Of a stretch of DNA of 64,000 bases, positions 35,380-46,065 are shown in pieces; position 1 is the first letter of the stretch, and every line of letters begins with the position of its first letter. Made by a program: the position numbers and the translations under genes. The DNA comes from Escherichia coli phage NG_S8: the sequence record LC788711.1. One strand, 5' to 3'. The notes beneath the pieces are model-generated. The model was not told where the DNA came from, made no database searches, and saw only the letters and a list, made by a program, of their open reading frames with translations.

Positions 35380-35868
35380 TTACATCTCAGCAAGTTCTTG
35401 CTCAGTAATTACAGTATTGCATAGAGCATCAACTTCTTCATTACCACGAATACCTGAGTGACCTTTAACCTTAACAAAGGTTGGATTGGTATCATGGAAG
35501 TTAATATACTGTTGAGTTAGTTTAAATGCTTCTTGCCAGAGTTCTAGATTAAGAGGAGTTTCACCATCTCCCTTCTTCCAGCCTTTCTTCTGCCAAGACC
35601 ACATCCAGCTTTCCATACCATTTTTGCAGTAAGCAGAATCAGTGTAGATAATTACTGGACGATTATCTTTCTTAGTAGACCAACGAAGAACTTCTACAAT
35701 TGCAGTAAGTTCCATTTCGTTATTAGTAGTTTTAGGGCTGAAGCCAGATTTAGAGCCAATACGATCATCATTATCATTATAGACAACGAATCCCCACGCA
35801 CCTAAACCAGGATTGCCTTTACATGCACCATCTGTATATATGTGGAAAACCGACATTATTTGCTCCAA
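35380..35868 (-). CDS. rnh: ribonuclease H (162 aa)
   Basis: YTDGAC...NNEMEL...YTDS motifs of RNase HI. Confidence 0.8.
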   Translation of the reverse strand: MEQIMSVFHIYTDGACKGNPGLGAWGFVVYNDNDDRIGSKSGFSPKTTNNEMELTAIVEVLRWSTKKDNRPVIIYTDSAYCKNGMESWMWSWQKKGWKKGDGETPLNLELWQEAFKLTQQYINFHDTNPTFVKVKGHSGIRGNEEVDALCNTVITEQELAEM

Positions 35869-36125
35869 TCAATTTCAAGCCAAAAACCTTCACGCTGTTC
35901 ATACTTAGCTTCTACAACATAACCTAGTTTGCTAAGTTTTTGCATGACGCTATTTCTAGCGTTTTCTGAGTATTCAGTTAATCCCTGGATGTGACAGTTA
36001 AATTCTTTATCTTTAATAGCTTTGTCAATCTCTACGGCAATAAGTGATTCTAGGTCAATTACTTCCTTTTTAATGCTAGCAATAGTATTTTGTTTTGCTT
36101 CTAAAGCAGATAAAAGAATAGACAT
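35856..36125 (-). CDS. hypothetical protein (89 aa)
   Basis: ORF track. Confidence 0.45.
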   Translation of the reverse strand: MSILLSALEAKQNTIASIKKEVIDLESLIAVEIDKAIKDKEFNCHIQGLTEYSENARNSVMQKLSKLGYVVEAKYEQREGFWLEIDWSK

Positions 36126-36127
36126 AT

Positions 36128-36706
36128 TTATTCTCCAATTACTAAAACATCATGTTGGGAAGATACACCACACATATAATCTGCACAATGCGTAAAAGCC
36201 AGATCAATGATTTCAAATATATCATCTACATCTAAATCTGTGGCTCGACAATCCGCAATAGCTAAACCTGTACGAATACTGGAAAGTACATCTTCTCCTC
36301 CACAGCCTACACCGGCATATTCAACTTCTAGAATAGAAGCATTAGATTGGAAAATAAAGATTCTTCCTTTGTAGAGCATAATAAATTGTCCCAGATTAGG
36401 TTCAGCATATTTTTCATTTTTCTTTTCGCCAAAATCTTTCTGGTTAAACATATCACGTAATTTAGGTACTATTTCCGTATATAAATATTTATCATCGGAA
36501 ATATCTGCTAAACGTGGTGGTACAGTAAAGCTATGCTCTAGTAATTGTCCCATGTAGAAGGAACTAGTGTATCCGAAGTACAAATCATCAGAGATTTTGA
36601 ATACTTTCGGATTTTTAACCAGCAGTTTCGTATAGCCATTAGAACCCATACGATCACCAGCTAAGTATACTTTATCTTTATATTTAAATGCTACTATGGC
36701 TGTCAT
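36128..36706 (-). CDS. HslV/proteasome-beta-like Ntn hydrolase (192 aa)
   Basis: N-terminus MTAIVAFKYKDKVYLAGD aligns gap-free with HslV TTIVSVRRNGHVVIAGD; GVGCGG matches the GSGG region. Confidence 0.5.
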   Translation of the reverse strand: MTAIVAFKYKDKVYLAGDRMGSNGYTKLLVKNPKVFKISDDLYFGYTSSFYMGQLLEHSFTVPPRLADISDDKYLYTEIVPKLRDMFNQKDFGEKKNEKYAEPNLGQFIMLYKGRIFIFQSNASILEVEYAGVGCGGEDVLSSIRTGLAIADCRATDLDVDDIFEIIDLAFTHCADYMCGVSSQHDVLVIGE

Positions 36707-36736
36707 TATTAAATCCTTCTGTCAAATTAGAAGTAT

Positions 36737-36765
36737 ATTATATTTGAATTTCACTCAGTAAGCAA
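36737..36765 (-). promoter_or_regulatory. T5-type early promoter
   Basis: attata 36737-36742, aagcaa 36760-36765. Confidence 0.6.
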
Positions 36766-36804
36766 ATGAAATTTAAATATAATAGCCCCGAAGGGCTATT
36801 TGAA

Positions 36805-37158
36805 TTAGATTATAATCAAGATTATTAGGGCGTATGTCAGATAATGCAGTAACTGATCAAATCCTAAAGCTATCCAAAACTTAGCATCGCTTATAGCGTA
36901 TTTACAGCGTTGTGCTTTCCAATAATCTATAATAAAGTGTAGAATTAATTCCATAATAGCTAAAGCTATAGACATTCCTGGTGATGTGAATAGGATTAGA
37001 ATTGCAAATGTTAATCCAGCATGTACTAGCGAATGGGTTAATAATGGAAGTTTCCACCCTATTTTATGCGTCTTTCTTAGCATATATGGTGTTTGGAGTG
37101 GATAATCGGCCATAAAATGTTTTAGAAAGAATATGACAAATAATAGTATAATTAACAT
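36805..37158 (-). CDS. integral membrane protein (117 aa)
   Basis: three or more TM helices. Confidence 0.45.
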   Translation of the reverse strand: MLIILLFVIFFLKHFMADYPLQTPYMLRKTHKIGWKLPLLTHSLVHAGLTFAILILFTSPGMSIALAIMELILHFIIDYWKAQRCKYAISDAKFWIALGFDQLLHYLTYALIILIII

Positions 37159-37161
37159 ATG

Positions 37162-38016
37162 TTACACCGTAAATGGATATGCAATAGCAGGATGGTGTTC
37201 ATAGCCACGAACAGTAAAATCATCCTTACTTACCCACGTTAATACATCATCCAAAGTTCTAATATTTGGATTGATTTCTAAAGTAGGAGGTGCAAAAGGT
37301 TCACGATCGAATTGCTTGTGCTCCATCAGAACATTATACTGATCTTCATAGATATGAAGATTAATAATCTTTTGACGAGCAATACCTGGCTTAAGACCTG
37401 TAATCTGTGCCATAATAGCTAGAAGTGCATAGCATTGCACCATATTAAATACTTGGCCCAGCAAGAAATCATTAGACCTCTGGAAAGAGTTTAGGTATAG
37501 TGTATCACCTAAAATAGAGAATTGATGGGTATGCATACACGGACGTAGGCATCCTTTACGAAATTCCCCAGGGTTCCAAAAAGTTAAAATTTCTCCACGA
37601 TCGTCAATCCCTCTTTTCAAATTATGATAGACTTTGGCTAACTGATCAAATACCATACCATCAGAATTAGTCCAATGACGTCCTTGAACACCATAGACTC
37701 GTCCCATATCATCCTCGCCTTTACGGAATGGATTACCTAGCCAGGCAATATTTTCATTTGCATTAGCATTCCATGTATTAACACCAATAGCGCGGAATTG
37801 TGCTGCTGAGTCGTACCCACGGAGATATCCGATCATTTCCATTATTGCTTGTTTAGCAAATGCTTTACGAGTAGTTACTAGCGGCAGTTCTCCTGCTCCT
37901 ACGTTAAAGGTAAAGTCTGCATCAATAATGGTTAGGCAACGAACCCCTGTTCTAGGATTCGTTACCCATACACCCTCTTCAAGAATACGTTTTCCAGTTT
38001 CAATATATTGCTTCAT
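37162..38016 (-). CDS. thyA: thymidylate synthase (284 aa)
   Basis: ThyA-like length and conserved blocks including catalytic-Cys region PCMHTHQF. Confidence 0.85.
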   Translation of the reverse strand: MKQYIETGKRILEEGVWVTNPRTGVRCLTIIDADFTFNVGAGELPLVTTRKAFAKQAIMEMIGYLRGYDSAAQFRAIGVNTWNANANENIAWLGNPFRKGEDDMGRVYGVQGRHWTNSDGMVFDQLAKVYHNLKRGIDDRGEILTFWNPGEFRKGCLRPCMHTHQFSILGDTLYLNSFQRSNDFLLGQVFNMVQCYALLAIMAQITGLKPGIARQKIINLHIYEDQYNVLMEHKQFDREPFAPPTLEINPNIRTLDDVLTWVSKDDFTVRGYEHHPAIAYPFTV

Positions 38017-38543
38017 TTAAATATCACCAATTCTTGTAAGAATGAAAGCGTTTTATCTGCATTCTGTCCTGCCACATAGTCCATTCTAGTTGCCATTGAA
38101 TTAGTTAAAGTAATATGATGATGCAGATGTACATCAGCAGATAATGGTGTGGCTGAAGTAATAGTAGAGATATACGCCATATCTAGATGATTTTTGACAT
38201 ACATTTCAAGAAGCAGAGTTGCTCCCCCTAATACTACAGTTACCTCTTCCTTGAGAAAATCAGGCAGACGGTATCCAATGTTGCTTATGCGTGTAGCTGA
38301 TCTTATAGAGTTCGGTAGTGGTCTATTTGCATAAATAAATAGGTCAGAATCTCCTAGTATTCTTTTTTGCAGAGTCTCAGGGAATGCTAACCAAGTTCCT
38401 GCTCCTACAATAATATTGTCAGGTGCCAGAGAATCCAATGTAGCATAGAAGATATCTAGTTCTTCTTTGAAAGAACCCCAGGGGAGCTTACCATTGAGGC
38501 CGAACTCCCCATTCGGCCCAGTTGCATAGATTGCTGCTATCAT
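38013..38543 (-). CDS. dihydrofolate reductase (176 aa)
   Basis: N-terminus [22 protein letters not shown]; overlapping-stop coupling with thyA. Confidence 0.75.
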   Translation of the reverse strand: MIAAIYATGPNGEFGLNGKLPWGSFKEELDIFYATLDSLAPDNIIVGAGTWLAFPETLQKRILGDSDLFIYANRPLPNSIRSATRISNIGYRLPDFLKEEVTVVLGGATLLLEMYVKNHLDMAYISTITSATPLSADVHLHHHITLTNSMATRMDYVAGQNADKTLSFLQELVIFK

Positions 38544-39688
38544 TAGAACATATCCTCAAATTCGTTGCCAAGATCTTTCAGAGTATCAGCAGAGGTTTCA
38601 GTTACTTGACCTACACGATATGCTGCACCAATCTGAATCTCTTGCGGAGCAGGTTGTAAAGATGTAGTATCCAACCAGTTCATAATCCACGGAATAGGGT
38701 TCTTAGTAATTACAGGTAAGTGGCTTGGCCATTCTACACCAATGTGCATAAATGCGTTACGTCCTACAAAGTAAAGATATTCTTCAAGCAGTTCTGCGTT
38801 CAAACCAATCAGACTACGGCCTTTAAAGATAAAGTGACCCCATTCAATCTCAGTTTTCAGAGTTTTTAGGAGTTGTGCTGGTGCTTTAGCTAATGCTTCA
38901 TCTACCAGATCTTTATCAAACTGCTGAAACATAATCTGGATGATAGCTTTAGACATTTGAGTGTGCAGAGCTTCATCTTTAGCAATTAGTTGCAGGTTCT
39001 TGGCAATACCTTGCAGAATATCGTTCTCTGCTAGAGCAAAGGTACATGCAAAAGATGCGTAGAACTGCATTGCTTCCAGACCGTAGATTGCAAAGTAAGC
39101 ATCTAACAGCTTAGCTTGAGTTTCACGTTTAACTTCAGGGAACTCAGTTTCTGGATAAGTATTATCACCCTGATGATCACGTACTGCAAGGAAATACTGA
39201 CCTAACAGATACAATTCATCAAACAGTTCAACAGAATCTGCGATACGTGCAAATGCTTCTTGGTTTTTAGTTACAGAATCAATAAATTCTGCTGGGTCAG
39301 TCAGAACGTTACGAATAATGTTACTATACGCACGGCTATGTAGATCTTCGAAGTAGCTCCACTGCTTGAGCATACCTTCCAATTCAGGACGGCTTACAAG
39401 TGGCATAATAGCTGCCTCAGGAGCACGACTAATGAAAGAATCTGTTTGAGTTTGCCATGCTAAGTTCAGGAGAGTAATTTCCTGGATATCACGCGGGAGG
39501 TTTGGCCATTGTTTCTTATCAGCTTCCAGACTGATTTCAGTTTCAGTCCAAAATTGAGAACGTTGCAGAAGTGCTAGACGCTCAAGTTCAGGATGTGCTA
39601 CACGAACGTAATCTGCGATACCAAGAGAATCGCCCAGGAAAAGGTCAGCGTTAGTATGATCCCAATTCAGGTTTAGTAAAGTAGTCAT
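38543..39688 (-). CDS. nrdB: ribonucleotide reductase class I beta subunit (381 aa)
   Basis: diiron/tyrosyl radical protein pattern; adjacent to nrdA. Confidence 0.8.
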   Translation of the reverse strand: MTTLLNLNWDHTNADLFLGDSLGIADYVRVAHPELERLALLQRSQFWTETEISLEADKKQWPNLPRDIQEITLLNLAWQTQTDSFISRAPEAAIMPLVSRPELEGMLKQWSYFEDLHSRAYSNIIRNVLTDPAEFIDSVTKNQEAFARIADSVELFDELYLLGQYFLAVRDHQGDNTYPETEFPEVKRETQAKLLDAYFAIYGLEAMQFYASFACTFALAENDILQGIAKNLQLIAKDEALHTQMSKAIIQIMFQQFDKDLVDEALAKAPAQLLKTLKTEIEWGHFIFKGRSLIGLNAELLEEYLYFVGRNAFMHIGVEWPSHLPVITKNPIPWIMNWLDTTSLQPAPQEIQIGAAYRVGQVTETSADTLKDLGNEFEDMF

Positions 39689-39719
39689 TGATTTTCCTCT
39701 TTCTCACTATTTCAGGAAT

Positions 39720-39748
39720 ATTATAGCAAATCTGGTAGCGATTAGCAA
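39720..39748 (-). promoter_or_regulatory. T5-type early promoter
   Basis: attata 39720-39725, tagcaa 39743-39748. Confidence 0.6.
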
Positions 39749-39794
39749 GTAAAATTTCAAAGAAAAAGGAGACCCGAAGATCTCCTTGTTTTTA

Positions 39795-42185
39795 TTACAG
39801 GTTACAACCACCTGATGCACAACCTGCTGCTTCTTCACCAGCTCCACCACCATTTTCAGTGTTGAAGTTAGCGTAGTACCAAGTTTTCCAACCGTACTTA
39901 ACAGCAGTCATGAAATCACGAACTACTACTGGACCAGGAATGATTTCATTCTCAAACTTGGTGTAGTCATAGTACATATTCGTACTGATAGACTGACTGA
40001 AAAATTTCTGCATGGTTGCTACCCATTTGATCCACTCGATACGATCTACATCATAAGCCAGTTTATAGCTCATTAATGTATCCCAATCAGTTGCACCTGG
40101 AGCAATTGCAATTACTTTATTCACTGCACTACCCTTGATAGATACGATCTTACGAGGCGGTTCAATAGAGTTAGTAACACCTAGCAGTACAGAGGAACTT
40201 TCACCTGGCATCTGAGCAGTCAGAACAGAGTTACGCATACCATATTTCAGAATATCTGCACGCAGAGATTCCCAATCCATTTCTAGACCTACAGTTACCA
40301 GTTCATCAACAGTTTTCTTATACGTGTCGATTACCAGAGTTCCTTGTGAAGGCTTAGTACGATTAAACCAGTCACATGCACCCTGTTCTTTGGCCAGACG
40401 TACAGAGGCTTTGTGCAGGAAGTAGGACAGCTTTTCAGCTTCACGGTGAATCCAGTTACGTGCTTCAACACCTTCGTAAGCCAAACCTTCTGCTGCCATT
40501 GCACCTGCTGCGTTCATCAGACCAATACCAACGTTACGACGTTTCTTAGCCGTGTATTCCATAGTTGGGAATGGATAATCCTGAATCTCGATGATTGTAT
40601 CAACGAATTTCAGAAGGATGTAGCAAGTTTTCTCCCATTCAGCCAGAGATTCCATGCGGCCTAGTACAACACCACCTAAGTTACACAGAGATACTTCACC
40701 AATATCTTCTGGACGCATATCGTCTAACTGATCTTGGGTTTTATACAGTTCCGTAATGTGATGGAATGGACGGGTTGGCTGAGTAATTTCAACACAAAGG
40801 TTGGTCATACGAATCGGGTCAAGGAAGTTACCATGACGGTTAGATTCACCAATGTGATGAGCATACATACGCCCCGTTTCCATACGGATACGCAACCAAG
40901 TATCTAGGATTTCTTTTGCAGAGATTCTAGGAGCTGCTGGAATTGTTTTTCCTTCGTGGTCGATCTTTGTAAGAGATGCCACACGTTTCTCCGCTGCCAC
41001 GTAGATTTCTTCAAACTTAGCCTCATCTTCGCCATAAAACGCTTCATGAACTTCTGGTGCGTAGAAATAGGACATTAGCGTAATATCTTCGCTTTTCAGG
41101 TAACGTTTTAACAGAAGGTTGTTAAAGCTCAGAGAGTAATCCATTTTATCGATTTTATTCTCGTCTGTAGCACGTTGTTGTTTAACCTGCATCAACTGAA
41201 TGATTTCAGGATCGAAGTATGGATAAGACACAGTAGCAGAACCGCCACGGGTTTGCTGAGTGTTAGCTTTTACTGAACGGTCAATGTGTCGATAATATGG
41301 CAGTTTTCCGGAATGCGGGAATGCCCCATTTCGCACCGGATCAGCAATTGATCGGCTTTCAAGATGATACCCGATTCCCGCTCTGGCTGCGACCATTTTG
41401 AAGACGATGTGCTCGGCTGTGTCGATTGAATCCAGCGTGTCAGTGGAATCCACGAGGCAACAACTAGCAAATCCACGGTCACTAGAGCGCAGGCCAACCA
41501 GTGGCGGCGTAGGAACGTTGATTTTGTGGAGCGACATTGCATTGTAGAGGTCGATTGCATCTAGAATTGTCCAGTTAGGTTGAGATAACATCGCCATTGC
41601 CATACCCATGTAGGCAAACTGCGGGGTTTCATAAATTTCACCAGTTGCAATATTACGACGAGAATACTTGTCGAAGAACTGTTTCAGTCCACCACTGGTG
41701 AATAAACGATCGCGATCATGATCAATAACTTGGTTCAGAGCGTCAAACTGATCATCGCTAATCCATGCACTCATGTCTTCCCAAGCGCCAACACGAACCA
41801 TATGATCGTGGAAGAAACGCAGAGAAGGTGGTTCGAAGGAATCATATAGGCGTTTACGCATCTGCGCAAGACGTAATTCCTTTGCTGGCACATCGTATGC
41901 TGGATTATCTTTGATAAGACCTTCAGCGGCTTTAATTAACGCATCCATTAGGGTATCGGAATCTACAACACCTTTAGGTAGAGTTTTTTGAGCAGACATA
42001 GTGATGGCTGACCAGCTCACATCAACTGTTTTGCAGCCATATACTGCCCAACCATTGAGTTTTTCAGGAGCAAAGTCTTCTACAGTACCGTCACGTTTAA
42101 TTACTTTTGTAATTCTAAAGTCCATTGCGGTTTCCTTTTTATAGTTCTCAGGATTTAGATAGTATTCTACTTTGTTTTGAGTCAT
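39795..42185 (-). CDS. nrdA: ribonucleotide reductase class I alpha subunit (796 aa)
   Basis: ATP-cone N-terminus, active-site NLCxE block, C-terminal Cys pair. Confidence 0.9.
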   Translation of the reverse strand: MTQNKVEYYLNPENYKKETAMDFRITKVIKRDGTVEDFAPEKLNGWAVYGCKTVDVSWSAITMSAQKTLPKGVVDSDTLMDALIKAAEGLIKDNPAYDVPAKELRLAQMRKRLYDSFEPPSLRFFHDHMVRVGAWEDMSAWISDDQFDALNQVIDHDRDRLFTSGGLKQFFDKYSRRNIATGEIYETPQFAYMGMAMAMLSQPNWTILDAIDLYNAMSLHKINVPTPPLVGLRSSDRGFASCCLVDSTDTLDSIDTAEHIVFKMVAARAGIGYHLESRSIADPVRNGAFPHSGKLPYYRHIDRSVKANTQQTRGGSATVSYPYFDPEIIQLMQVKQQRATDENKIDKMDYSLSFNNLLLKRYLKSEDITLMSYFYAPEVHEAFYGEDEAKFEEIYVAAEKRVASLTKIDHEGKTIPAAPRISAKEILDTWLRIRMETGRMYAHHIGESNRHGNFLDPIRMTNLCVEITQPTRPFHHITELYKTQDQLDDMRPEDIGEVSLCNLGGVVLGRMESLAEWEKTCYILLKFVDTIIEIQDYPFPTMEYTAKKRRNVGIGLMNAAGAMAAEGLAYEGVEARNWIHREAEKLSYFLHKASVRLAKEQGACDWFNRTKPSQGTLVIDTYKKTVDELVTVGLEMDWESLRADILKYGMRNSVLTAQMPGESSSVLLGVTNSIEPPRKIVSIKGSAVNKVIAIAPGATDWDTLMSYKLAYDVDRIEWIKWVATMQKFFSQSISTNMYYDYTKFENEIIPGPVVVRDFMTAVKYGWKTWYYANFNTENGGGAGEEAAGCASGGCNL

Positions 42186-42248
42186 TATGCAAGTACAATT
42201 TTTCAGATAAAAAGAGCCCGGATATTTTCATACCCAGGCTCGTCTGTC

Positions 42249-42491
42249 TTACCATTTAAGTTTATCGGCTTGATCAAGTAATTGCTGTTGTATTTCTTGG
42301 TTAAAGAGAATATCTACAGAAGTACTTAGTTCATTATAATTGAAAGGCCGATTTGGATTAGAGGCTACAATTTTCCACGCTAGGGTAGTCTTAGGACTTT
42401 CTTCCCCTTCCTTACGTGTAATCATATTAGCAGCGCTCAGTGAAGTACGGTGGATCTTAGTTTTGCGGTGCAGATGTACGACGTTTCCCAT
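42249..42491 (-). CDS. hypothetical protein (80 aa)
   Basis: ORF track. Confidence 0.45.
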   Translation of the reverse strand: MGNVVHLHRKTKIHRTSLSAANMITRKEGEESPKTTLAWKIVASNPNRPFNYNELSTSVDILFNQEIQQQLLDQADKLKW

Positions 42492-42492
42492 A

Positions 42493-43254
42493 TTACACCT
42501 TCCCCATATCCTTAAAGATATCGTAGAATGCTTTAGACTCTGGTGAGCGAACGTTGTCGATCAGTTCGATCATAGAGAAAGGAGAGTTTTCGTACTTCTC
42601 ATAGACTTCCATAAGAAGTGCTAGACCTGAATCACCCTTGATGTCTTTCTGAGCTATATCCCCACAGATAATTAAACGACAATCTTGTCCTACACGAGTC
42701 AGGAGACAGATCATTGCTTCAACGGAGATATTCTGAGCTTCATCGACAATAACATAGGAGTTGTTGAAAGTTCGACCACGGGCATGTTCGATAGCCAGGA
42801 ATTTGATTTTCTGACGTTCGACATATCCTTTGTAGGCGTGATCACCGATTGCCCATTTCATGCCATCGGCTATTGGTTCCAACCAAGGCTCTAGCTTTTC
42901 TGCCAGATCACCTGGGAGCATACCAAGAGATTTACCTAGAGGTTCGTTCGGACGCACGAGGATCACTTGCTCAATATCTGAGTGAATGTCTACGAGTTCC
43001 TGAGCTGCAAGAACGGATGGAATAAAGGTTTTACCAGTACCTGGTTCACCAATACCCACAGTCACTGTATTGTTCTTGATCATATTGATATATGATTTTT
43101 GCTCACGGTTTTTACCAACTAGGGATTTAGCAACTGGATTGGCGTAATCACCAGAGAAATCTGCTTGAATTACGTTACTCTCATACTTGTTGCCACGCTT
43201 TCTTGAACCATTGCGGTTCTCTCTTTTTTGACGTGCTTTTCCCATAAATAACAC
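42493..43254 (-). CDS. phoH: PhoH-like ATPase (253 aa)
   Basis: Walker A GEPGTGKTF; PhoH-like blocks. Confidence 0.85.
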   Translation of the reverse strand: MLFMGKARQKRENRNGSRKRGNKYESNVIQADFSGDYANPVAKSLVGKNREQKSYINMIKNNTVTVGIGEPGTGKTFIPSVLAAQELVDIHSDIEQVILVRPNEPLGKSLGMLPGDLAEKLEPWLEPIADGMKWAIGDHAYKGYVERQKIKFLAIEHARGRTFNNSYVIVDEAQNISVEAMICLLTRVGQDCRLIICGDIAQKDIKGDSGLALLMEVYEKYENSPFSMIELIDNVRSPESKAFYDIFKDMGKV

Positions 43255-43318
43255 TCCTATAGTGTACTTCGCTAACAGAGGATCAACAAAAAGATCTTGT
43301 TTATCAACTTACAAATAT

Positions 43319-43347
43319 ATTATACCAATATATACGGGAGAAAGCAA
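43319..43347 (-). promoter_or_regulatory. T5-type early promoter for phoH (divergent region)
   Basis: attata 43319-43324, aagcaa 43342-43347. Confidence 0.6.
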
Positions 43348-43539
43348 CTACAATTTTAAATAAGCCTATGATATTGCATTTAAATAAAAAATTTGCTTGC
43401 TTTTATTGGGAGATGTATGGTACTAGATAATCATTTTATATCGCGTACACGGGTGCGTGATTATACTATTTTTAGTAGAGGTTGGCAAATAAAATTTTTT
43501 GACTCAGATCATGTTACAGAACTTTATAGTAAAATATTG

Positions 43540-43568
43540 TTGACATCCGCCTTCGAATGAGTTATAAT
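43540..43568 (+). promoter_or_regulatory. sigma70 consensus promoter for nrdD
   Basis: TTGACA 43540-43545, 17-bp spacer, TATAAT 43563-43568; possible second promoter about 40 bp upstream. Confidence 0.65.
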
Positions 43569-43597
43569 AGTAGTCTTAGTTAGAGAAGGAGGGTATA

Positions 43598-45472
43598 ATG
43601 AATCGCAATGAAGAACTAAAGTATAAAGGAATGCAGTCCTTGATTCGAAACTGCAAAGAAATTATCGAAGGTTCAGCAGATGAAGAGCTGCTGTTTAATA
43701 ATGCCAATAAGCCCTCAGAACGTTTCCCTACACAAAGGGATATGCTTGCAGGGGAATTGAGTAAATATCTGATTCTGGAAGAAATGCCAATCCAGATTCG
43801 AAATGCTCACATGATTGGTGATATTCACTTCCATGATGCTGATTACGCTGCGTTAGGTATGACTAACTGTTGCCTGGTTGCTTTGGAAGATATGTTGAAG
43901 AATGGTATGAAGGTTGGTAATGCTGAAATCAGTACACCAAACTCTATTACTACTGCGGCTGCTATCACAGCTCAGATTATCACTCAGGTTAGTTCACATC
44001 AATATGGGGGTACTTCTGTAGACCGATTAGATGAAGTATTGGCTCCTTATGTTCGTAAGTCTTATGATAAGAATCATGCGTTTGCAAAGCGTTGGACTAA
44101 GGATGAAGCTAAAGCATCTGTAATGGCTACGGAAATGACTGAGAAAGAAGTTTACGATGCCTGTCAGGGCCTGGAGTATGAAATCAATACGATGTTCAAC
44201 TCTAATGGTCAAAGTCCGTTTATTACCTTTGGTTTTGGTCTAGGAACTTCTTTGGAAGCACGTCTTGTACAGAAAGCAATACTAGAAGTACGTATGGATG
44301 GTTTGGGTATCAATAAACGTACAGCTATCTTCCCTAAACTGGTATTTGTTTTGCGTGAGGGCGTAAACATGAAACCTGGTGATGTTAACTATGATATCAA
44401 GAAGTTAGCTATGAAATGTACTGCTGAACGTATGTATCCTGACTACATCAGTTATGATAAGGTTGTAGAAGTTACGGGGGACTACAAAGTCTCTATGGGC
44501 TGTCGTTCGTTCCTGGCTGCTGCGGAAGATGGTGAAACTTCTGGTCGTAACAACTTAGGCGTTGTTTCCGTAAACCTTCCTCGAATCGCTATCGAAGCGG
44601 AAGGAAATATTGATCTATTCTTCGATCTGCTTGAGCTGCGTGTGGATACCGCGTTAAAAGCATTGGAGTGGAGGGTTGATCGCTTAAAATACATTCAAGC
44701 TAAAGCTGCGCCCATCCTCTATATGTCAGGAGCCTTTGGATTACGTCTGGGGCCAGATGAATATGTATTTGATCATTTCTACAAGCGTGCTTCTGTATCT
44801 CTAGGGTATATTGGTTGCCACGAAATGTTGCAGCTCATGTTTGGTAAAGATGTAGATACAATGTCTGAGTCTTGTATCAAGTTCGTTCAACGTGTGCTAC
44901 AATACATGCGTGATCGTGCTGATCAGAAGAAGGAAGAGACTCAATTAGGGTATAGTCTGTATGCTACACCATCTGAATCTCTATGTGACCGCTTCTGTCG
45001 CCTAGACCGTGAGTATTTCCCAGAGCATGAAGATATTCTGGCTAAAGGATATTACACTAATTCCCATCACCTTGATGTAGAACGTAAGGTTGCTCCAAAT
45101 GTGAAGTTTGATTATGAGTCTAACTTTACTCCTATTGCTTCTGGTGGGTGCATTTCCTATGTGGAATTACCGGATATGAAACGATTCCCTGATGCACTGG
45201 AATGGGTTATTAACTATGCTGCAAGTAAAGTTCATTACTTCGGTATTAATACTCCAGTAGACTCTTGTGGGGAATGTGGGTTCTTGGGTGAAACTATAGC
45301 TTCTGAGGATGGTTTCAAATGCCCAATTTGTGGCAATCATGATCCTGAGACTCTTGAGGTAACTCGTCGAGTTTGTGGATATCTTGGAAATCCAGGTGCT
45401 CGTCCGTTTAACCCAGGTAAACAACATGAGGTTATGGGTCGAGTGAAACATCAAGACATTCGCGCTAAATAA
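43598..45472 (+). CDS. nrdD: anaerobic ribonucleotide reductase, class III (624 aa)
   Basis: C-terminal glycyl-radical motif RVCGYLG and Cys zinc site. Confidence 0.9.
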   Translation: MNRNEELKYKGMQSLIRNCKEIIEGSADEELLFNNANKPSERFPTQRDMLAGELSKYLILEEMPIQIRNAHMIGDIHFHDADYAALGMTNCCLVALEDMLKNGMKVGNAEISTPNSITTAAAITAQIITQVSSHQYGGTSVDRLDEVLAPYVRKSYDKNHAFAKRWTKDEAKASVMATEMTEKEVYDACQGLEYEINTMFNSNGQSPFITFGFGLGTSLEARLVQKAILEVRMDGLGINKRTAIFPKLVFVLREGVNMKPGDVNYDIKKLAMKCTAERMYPDYISYDKVVEVTGDYKVSMGCRSFLAAAEDGETSGRNNLGVVSVNLPRIAIEAEGNIDLFFDLLELRVDTALKALEWRVDRLKYIQAKAAPILYMSGAFGLRLGPDEYVFDHFYKRASVSLGYIGCHEMLQLMFGKDVDTMSESCIKFVQRVLQYMRDRADQKKEETQLGYSLYATPSESLCDRFCRLDREYFPEHEDILAKGYYTNSHHLDVERKVAPNVKFDYESNFTPIASGGCISYVELPDMKRFPDALEWVINYAASKVHYFGINTPVDSCGECGFLGETIASEDGFKCPICGNHDPETLEVTRRVCGYLGNPGARPFNPGKQHEVMGRVKHQDIRAK

Positions 45473-45480
45473 TGAATCAG

Positions 45481-45516
45481 CCAGGTTGCTAGTCGACCTG
45501 GCTTTTATTTTATTTG
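45481..45516 (+). terminator. intrinsic terminator after nrdD
   Basis: hairpin ccaggttgctagtcgacctgg followed by T-run. Confidence 0.65.
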
Positions 45517-45542
45517 CTTTCGAGCTAAAACTTATGTATAAT
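45514..45542 (+). promoter_or_regulatory. T5-type early promoter
   Basis: TTGCTT 45514-45519, TATAAT 45537-45542, conserved leader. Confidence 0.65.
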
Positions 45543-45570
45543 TGATTTATAAATTTGAGAGGAGAAAGCT

Positions 45571-45852
45571 ATGAGCGAATTGCTTCCGAAAGTAGATGTT
45601 TCCCATCTTGGAGAGCCTAGTGAAGAACGTAAGGCTCTAGATTGGTTGGGCGGATTTGATTATCGTCGTGTTGTTGCAACATGGAATGATAAGAAAGTTA
45701 AGAAGTTTCGGGTACATTATGTAGGTAAAGACAAGTGGCTCTGGATTGATTATGAAGAATCGAAGGGGTCTACTAAGGCTGTGAAAATTTATCGTATGTA
45801 TGGGTATTATTATGCTCACTGTGATAAGAATGAATTTACAGTACAGAACTAA
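45571..45852 (+). CDS. hypothetical protein (93 aa)
   Basis: ORF track; GAGAGGAG RBS. Confidence 0.5.
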   Translation: MSELLPKVDVSHLGEPSEERKALDWLGGFDYRRVVATWNDKKVKKFRVHYVGKDKWLWIDYEESKGSTKAVKIYRMYGYYYAHCDKNEFTVQN

Positions 45853-45861
45853 GGAATAAGA

Positions 45862-46065
45862 ATGAAAAACGTAAAACATCTTAAATATCGCTTAATTTAC
45901 AACGGACGTATGGAAACAGAAGATCTAGCTCAGCTAGCGATCAATTCAGATGAAGTTACAGTTCGTGCTTTGTCCATCGAGAAGCTGCGTGCTTCTTATG
46001 AAAATCGTATTATGGAATTGGAGGAAAAACTTTATGGACTTCTTGAATCAGAATCTAAAAAGTAA
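45862..46065 (+). CDS. hypothetical protein (67 aa)
   Basis: ORF track. Confidence 0.45.
   Translation: MKNVKHLKYRLIYNGRMETEDLAQLAINSDEVTVRALSIEKLRASYENRIMELEEKLYGLLESESKK

Noticed and set aside
6540-39760. Recurring intergenic repeat of about 50 bp that might suggest a CRISPR array or dispersed mobile-element ends
   Set aside because: Each copy is a sigma70 promoter (-35 TTGCTT, 17-bp spacer, -10 TATAAT, conserved leader with Shine-Dalgarno) in front of a gene; copies are not regularly spaced with unique spacers and no cas genes are present.
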